From a virus (taxonomy: Duplodnaviria; Caudoviricetes): 29,854 bases of DNA. Positions 25,732-29,854 of the stretch are shown here, piece after piece. The first letter of the stretch is position 1. Every line of letters starts with the position of its first letter. Both the position numbers and the translations under genes were made by a program. The notes under the pieces were generated by a model. It ran no database searches. It saw only the letters and a program-made list of their open reading frames with translations, and was not told the origin of the DNA. The DNA lies in the IMG/VR virus record IMGVR_UViG_3300043406_000106, positions 1 through 29,854 of that record; one strand, given 5' to 3'.

Positions 25732-27471
25732 ATGACCCCGCTTCTCTCCACCGGCCTCTTGATGGGCGGGCTGCTGCTGGTGACGCCAGCCGCGGCGCCA
25801 GAGGCGGAATCTACCCTCGTTGACCTGCCGCTCGCCTCGGTCTCGGACGACATCTACTTGGTCGAGGCGGCGGTCTACGACGGCACGAGCAACACCGGCA
25901 CCTTGACCGACGACCCGCGGCCGCTGCTCGCGCCCGAGCCGTTGCTTGTGGGGCCGCTGCTTGCCGGCCGCATCACGGCGGCGACCGATCAAGGGGTCGC
26001 GACGCATCGCTGGTCGGATCGAGGGTGGACCTCGGCTCCCGACGACACCCTGGCCAACGTGCATTTCCATGGTCGCGCCACTCAGCCGCTCGCGCTGCAA
26101 TGGGCGCTGCCACTGTCGCCGGAAGACGAGGCGCAGGCGGCGGTGGCCGCCGAGGTCTCAATCGAGAACCGCGACGGCGGCGATGATCGCACCGCCGAGT
26201 TCGGTGTGGATGGTCGAGTGGTCGTGGTTAAGCGCGGCGCGCGCACCGATGCCTATGCCGATTTCGCGACGGTGTTCTCGGGCTACGGCGTGACCTGGCA
26301 GCTCTCAGGCGACCAGTTGCACCTGGCGCTGCGCGAGCGCGGGCATGCACTCGCAGTGCCGCTCACGGCGCGCTATGGCGGCACCGGCGGTGCCGACGGC
26401 ACGGCAGAGATCGAGGGTCGCCCCATCCCCGCGCTCTACGGGATCTGCCGCAATGTCACGCCCGTGCTGGTCGTGCCTGCGTCGCTCATCTTCCAGGTGC
26501 ATTTCGGGCGCATCTTCGCTGTGAGCGCGGTCTATGACCGCGGCGTCGCGCTGGTCTTTGACGCCGATTACGCGAATTATGCCGCGCTCGCGGCGGCGAC
26601 AATCGCCGGCGGCAAATACGGAACCTGCCTGGCCGAGGGCACCTTCCGTCTCGGCTCGTCGCCGAGCTTCCCGGTGACTGCCGACGTGCAGGGCGATGCC
26701 ACCGTCGCGGTGGCCGACGGCGGCGGCTACGTCGGGTCGCCGGTGCTGATCGCGAAGCGCATCCTGCTTGACCGCGGGGGGCTGGCGCTCGCGGAACTCG
26801 ACGTAGACGCGATGGACGCGACCTTCGCCGTCTCGGCTGGCGCGTCGGGCATGTACTTCACCGACTCCGTGACGGTAGAGGAGGCGATCAGCGCGGTGTG
26901 CCGCGGCGCGTTCCTGCGCTGGGGCCAGAACCGCGACGGCACGATTGGCATCTGGCGCATCGCGCCGCCGAGCAACCCGGCATTCATCATCGGCATCGCG
27001 CACATGCTTGAAGACCCGAGCGTGCTGCCGTTGCCAGAATCGGTGGACCCTTGCTTGTGGCGCGTCACGGCGGGCTATCAGCGCAACTGGACTCCGATGA
27101 CCGACGCCGACATCGCGGGCTCCGTCGGCGCCGCGCAGCGGCAGTTCCTTCGCCAGCAATGGCGTCGCGTGATCGAGGCCGACACTGATCGACTCGCGCG
27201 CAATCTCCTGGCCCGGCAGATCGAGCTGCCGACTATGTATGACCAGGAGAATGTCGCGTCGACATTGGCGCTCAACTTGCTGACGCTGTTCGACCAGGGC
27301 CGCCGGCTGATCGAGATCACGATCCCTGCCGGCGCACATTCGCTCGGGCTGCGCGACGTCGAACAGCTCGTGCATCCGCGCTTCGGACTCGCCGGGGGTG
27401 TTGCCATGCGAGTCATTTCGCTGCGCGAGGACTGCGGCGCGCGCACGGTCTCAGCCGTGCTGTTCGGGTAA
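25732..27471 (+). CDS. Tail tip or hub protein
   Basis: Directly after the tape measure gene. YGGTGGADG..EGRPIPALYG.CRNVTPVLV, AVYDRG, GYQRNW. Confidence 0.75.
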   Translation: MTPLLSTGLLMGGLLLVTPAAAPEAESTLVDLPLASVSDDIYLVEAAVYDGTSNTGTLTDDPRPLLAPEPLLVGPLLAGRITAATDQGVATHRWSDRGWTSAPDDTLANVHFHGRATQPLALQWALPLSPEDEAQAAVAAEVSIENRDGGDDRTAEFGVDGRVVVVKRGARTDAYADFATVFSGYGVTWQLSGDQLHLALRERGHALAVPLTARYGGTGGADGTAEIEGRPIPALYGICRNVTPVLVVPASLIFQVHFGRIFAVSAVYDRGVALVFDADYANYAALAAATIAGGKYGTCLAEGTFRLGSSPSFPVTADVQGDATVAVADGGGYVGSPVLIAKRILLDRGGLALAELDVDAMDATFAVSAGASGMYFTDSVTVEEAISAVCRGAFLRWGQNRDGTIGIWRIAPPSNPAFIIGIAHMLEDPSVLPLPESVDPCLWRVTAGYQRNWTPMTDADIAGSVGAAQRQFLRQQWRRVIEADTDRLARNLLARQIELPTMYDQENVASTLALNLLTLFDQGRRLIEITIPAGAHSLGLRDVEQLVHPRFGLAGGVAMRVISLREDCGARTVSAVLFG

Positions 27472-27477
27472 GCGCCC

Positions 27478-28428
27478 ATGTTCCCCACTCGCTTCTTCGC
27501 GCCGACATACTTCGCGCCGCTGTATTTCCCCGCGGTCGGCGGTGCCCCGCCTGCAGCGGACGGCGTCATGTTCGCGCCGCGCTATTTCGCGGCACGCTAT
27601 TTCGCGCCGCGCTACTTCCCCGGCGAATGGACCGAGGTCGAGCTGATTGGGTCGGCGACGGGCTGCCTGATCGCCTATGAGAACCTCGCGGACACCGTCG
27701 CGATTGAGACCAACAGCGAGGTCACGACCCTGCCGGCCGTGAACCTGCAAGACACCTCAATCCAGGTGCCGTGGCGCAGCACCGCGATGAGCTGCTATCT
27801 CGCCCTGGACTTTGGCGCCCCGATGGAGATCGGCGTCGTCGCGCTCGCCGGCCTCAATCTCGCGGCGACTGACACGATCCGCCTGCGGCTCTCCGCCGTC
27901 GCGCCCGGCGATAGCGAGCTGTACGACACCGGCGTAGTCGCATCCGGCGTGCTCCCCGGCTACGGCACCTGGATGGCGTCGCTCATTACGCCGGTGCAGG
28001 CGCGCTGGGTGCGCATCGACATCGCCGTCGAGGGACCGCTCCAATACGTGCAGGCCGGGCGGCTGTGGGCCGGCCCCTATCTCAGCCTTCGACATCGCCA
28101 CGATTATGGCTCCGAGGATGGCTTCATCGACCGCTCGCAGGTCCGCAGTGCGCCGCGCAGCGGCCGCACCTTCGTGGATCGCGGGGCGCGGCAGCGCAGC
28201 ATGTCCTTCGTGCTCTCCAATCTGCTGACCGCCGAGGGCCGTGCCACGGTCAAGGACATGCTGGCGGCGATTGGGAACTCCGAACAGGCGCTCGTGTGCC
28301 TCGACCCCGGCAATAGCGATTACGTGCCCCGTGAAACGTACATCGGGCGCCTCGAAGACCTGCGGCCGATCACCCATCGCACATTCGACACCCGCGGCCT
28401 GGCGCTCCGCATAGCCGAGGATCTGTAA
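27478..28428 (+). CDS. Distal-tail-like protein with discoidin-like insert and two N-terminal FAPRYF repeat blocks
   Basis: NLQD...WRS, LDFG, ARWVRIDI, GRLWAG motifs; position in the tail-tip module. Confidence 0.7.
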   Translation: MFPTRFFAPTYFAPLYFPAVGGAPPAADGVMFAPRYFAARYFAPRYFPGEWTEVELIGSATGCLIAYENLADTVAIETNSEVTTLPAVNLQDTSIQVPWRSTAMSCYLALDFGAPMEIGVVALAGLNLAATDTIRLRLSAVAPGDSELYDTGVVASGVLPGYGTWMASLITPVQARWVRIDIAVEGPLQYVQAGRLWAGPYLSLRHRHDYGSEDGFIDRSQVRSAPRSGRTFVDRGARQRSMSFVLSNLLTAEGRATVKDMLAAIGNSEQALVCLDPGNSDYVPRETYIGRLEDLRPITHRTFDTRGLALRIAEDL

Positions 28429-28430
28429 GC

Positions 28431-29042
28431 ATGCTGCTAGATCGCGTTGTCGAAACCACCGACGTCACCGGCACCGGCACGATGAATCTGCTTGGCGCCG
28501 CGACGATTGACGGCGTCACCATGCGGCGCTTCGTCACCATCGCGGGCAGCGGGCAGACCGTCGCCTACGTGATCATCGATACGACTGGCAATTTCGAGTA
28601 CGGGATCGGCGTGGTGACGGCGGGCTCGCCGGACACACTGACCCGCACCACGATCCTGCGCAGCTCCAACAGCGACGCCCTGGTGAGCTTCACGTCGGGG
28701 ACGAAGATCGTCTATGCGACGGTGAACAGCGATTTCCTGCGCTTCGGCTCGCGCGGTCTGCCGACGCTCGGCGGCTCCGCCAACGCGCGCACCATGACCA
28801 ACGTGCCGGCGCTCAAGGCGCTGGTGCCCGGCATGCTATTCGCCGCCATCAACGGCGCGGCGGCGAACACCGCGGCCGCGACTCTCACGGTCGATGCCAT
28901 CGCGAGCAAGCCCATCGTCTCGCAAGAGAACACCGCGCTGGTCGCGGACGAGCTGGGAGCCTCTGCGCTCGTGCTGTTCATGTACGACGGCACCAGCATG
29001 CGCCTGCTCAATTCGCATTGCATCGATGGCGGTAGCTACTAG
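28431..29042 (+). CDS. Short tail fibre or adaptor protein
   Basis: DRVVETT..TGTG...FEYGIG...TLTR...SSN N-terminal domain, GGSANA...ANTAAATLTVD domain, C-terminal IDGGSY. Confidence 0.75.
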   Translation: MLLDRVVETTDVTGTGTMNLLGAATIDGVTMRRFVTIAGSGQTVAYVIIDTTGNFEYGIGVVTAGSPDTLTRTTILRSSNSDALVSFTSGTKIVYATVNSDFLRFGSRGLPTLGGSANARTMTNVPALKALVPGMLFAAINGAAANTAAATLTVDAIASKPIVSQENTALVADELGASALVLFMYDGTSMRLLNSHCIDGGSY

Positions 29043-29058
29043 AGGAGATAGCCAACCT

Positions 29059-29619
29059 ATGAAGGGTCTATGGGCGTTGTGGGCGGACGAGCTGTCCGAC
29101 GAGACCTGCAACTCAATCACCGAAACGGCGCTCGCTCTGCCGGAGCAGACGGCCACAATCGGCGGGCGGGTGATCGACACCGTGATCCGCGAATCACATG
29201 TGCGCTGGATTCATCCAGAGGTCGATGGCATCGCGCCGTTCTTCGGGCTGATCAACAAATACTTCGCCACAGCGAACCGAGATTTCTTCGGCGTCGATTC
29301 CGTGTTCACGCCGGCGTTGCAGTTCACCATCTATCGCGAGAGCCGGCGCAGCCACTACACCTGGCACGCGGACGTGTTCTGGGAGACCGACCAAATCTTC
29401 CAGCGGAAGCTCAGCATGGTCATCCAACTGAGCGATCCGAGCACCTACGAGGGCGGCGAGCTTGAGCTCGACTGCAACGTCCAGCCGCAGCAGAGCGAGC
29501 TGCGCAAGCGCGGCTCGATCATCGTATTTCCTTCCTTCCTGCACCATCGCGTGACGCCCGTCACCAAGGGCGTCCGCAATTCGCTGGTGACGTGGCAGGA
29601 AGGGCCGCTCTGGCGCTGA
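29059..29619 (+). CDS. 2OG-Fe(II) oxygenase, prolyl-hydroxylase-like (PKHD/P4Hc type)
   Basis: ATG 29059 with GAGGAG upstream. HxD in YTWHAD, RKLSMVIQLSDP..YEGGEL, FPSFLHHRVTPVTKGVRNSLVTW. Confidence 0.92.
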   Translation: MKGLWALWADELSDETCNSITETALALPEQTATIGGRVIDTVIRESHVRWIHPEVDGIAPFFGLINKYFATANRDFFGVDSVFTPALQFTIYRESRRSHYTWHADVFWETDQIFQRKLSMVIQLSDPSTYEGGELELDCNVQPQQSELRKRGSIIVFPSFLHHRVTPVTKGVRNSLVTWQEGPLWR

Positions 29620-29635
29620 CCTCCGGGGGCCTGTC

Positions 29636-29854
29636 ATGGCAATCGTCATCAAGCTCAAGCGCAAGACGACGACCGGCGATCCAATCGCCGCCCACTTCTC
29701 CGCGGTCAACGAAGTGATCGTCAACGAGGTCGACGCGACAGCCTTCGTGCTGTCGGCGCCCGGCACCGTCAAGCGCATCTTGGGGGACGCGGGCCCACCC
29801 GGGTCGCCCGGCGCCGCGGGTGGCCCTGGCCCACCCGGCGCGCCCGGCACGCCC
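29636..29854 (+). CDS. Collagen-like tail fibre (N-terminal part; runs off the window)
   Basis: Not in the ORF track. MAIVIKLKRKTTTGDPIAAHFSAVNEVIVNEVDATAFVLSAPGTVKRIL followed by GDA GPP GSP GAA GGP GPP GAP GTP. Confidence 0.85.
   Translation, partial: MAIVIKLKRKTTTGDPIAAHFSAVNEVIVNEVDATAFVLSAPGTVKRILGDAGPPGSPGAAGGPGPPGAPGTP

Noticed and set aside
25732-25800. Signal peptide on the hub protein
   Set aside because: No basic n-region, the context is a virion protein, and the Leu-pair pattern recurs internally.
29059-29619. TET/JBP- or AlkB-type DNA-modifying oxygenase
   Set aside because: The motifs (RKLS...LSDP..YEGGEL, FPSF..H.V.PV..G.R.SLV.W) fit the PKHD/P4Hc group, and the gene sits among fibre genes.
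2770-29854. Gene transfer agent cluster
   Set aside because: The long tape measure, large accessory island and adjacent phage-like early operon fit a genuine phage better. No host flanks, integrase or lysis genes are visible to settle lifestyle.

Overview
High-GC tailed dsDNA phage or prophage with an HK97-type head and a long non-contractile tail; an alphaproteobacterial host is a guess. Bases 1-2200 hold a leftward early-type operon (small Zn-finger ORF, two hypotheticals, Ycf46-like AAA ATPase running off the window) behind a long structured leader. From 2770 a rightward virion operon encodes TerS, TerL, portal, prohead protease and major capsid. An ~8 kb insert follows (decoration protein, methyltransferase-glycosyltransferase fusion, FkbM-type methyltransferase, polyproline-tethered putative lyase and LamG proteins, fibre). 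Then come neck genes, tail tube, a frameshifted tail chaperone, tape measure, tail-tip genes, a 2OG-Fe(II) oxygenase and the start of a collagen-like fibre. Best leads: (1) a possible proline-hydroxylation and glycosylation system for virion proteins; (2) a twice-occurring, covarying kissing-loop/pseudoknot RNA element at ribosome-binding sites; (3) a tandem AGUA/GAA structured RNA in the early leader; (4) short triplicated aromatic peptides that may dock fibres. All family calls are from motif recognition by eye; no searches were run.
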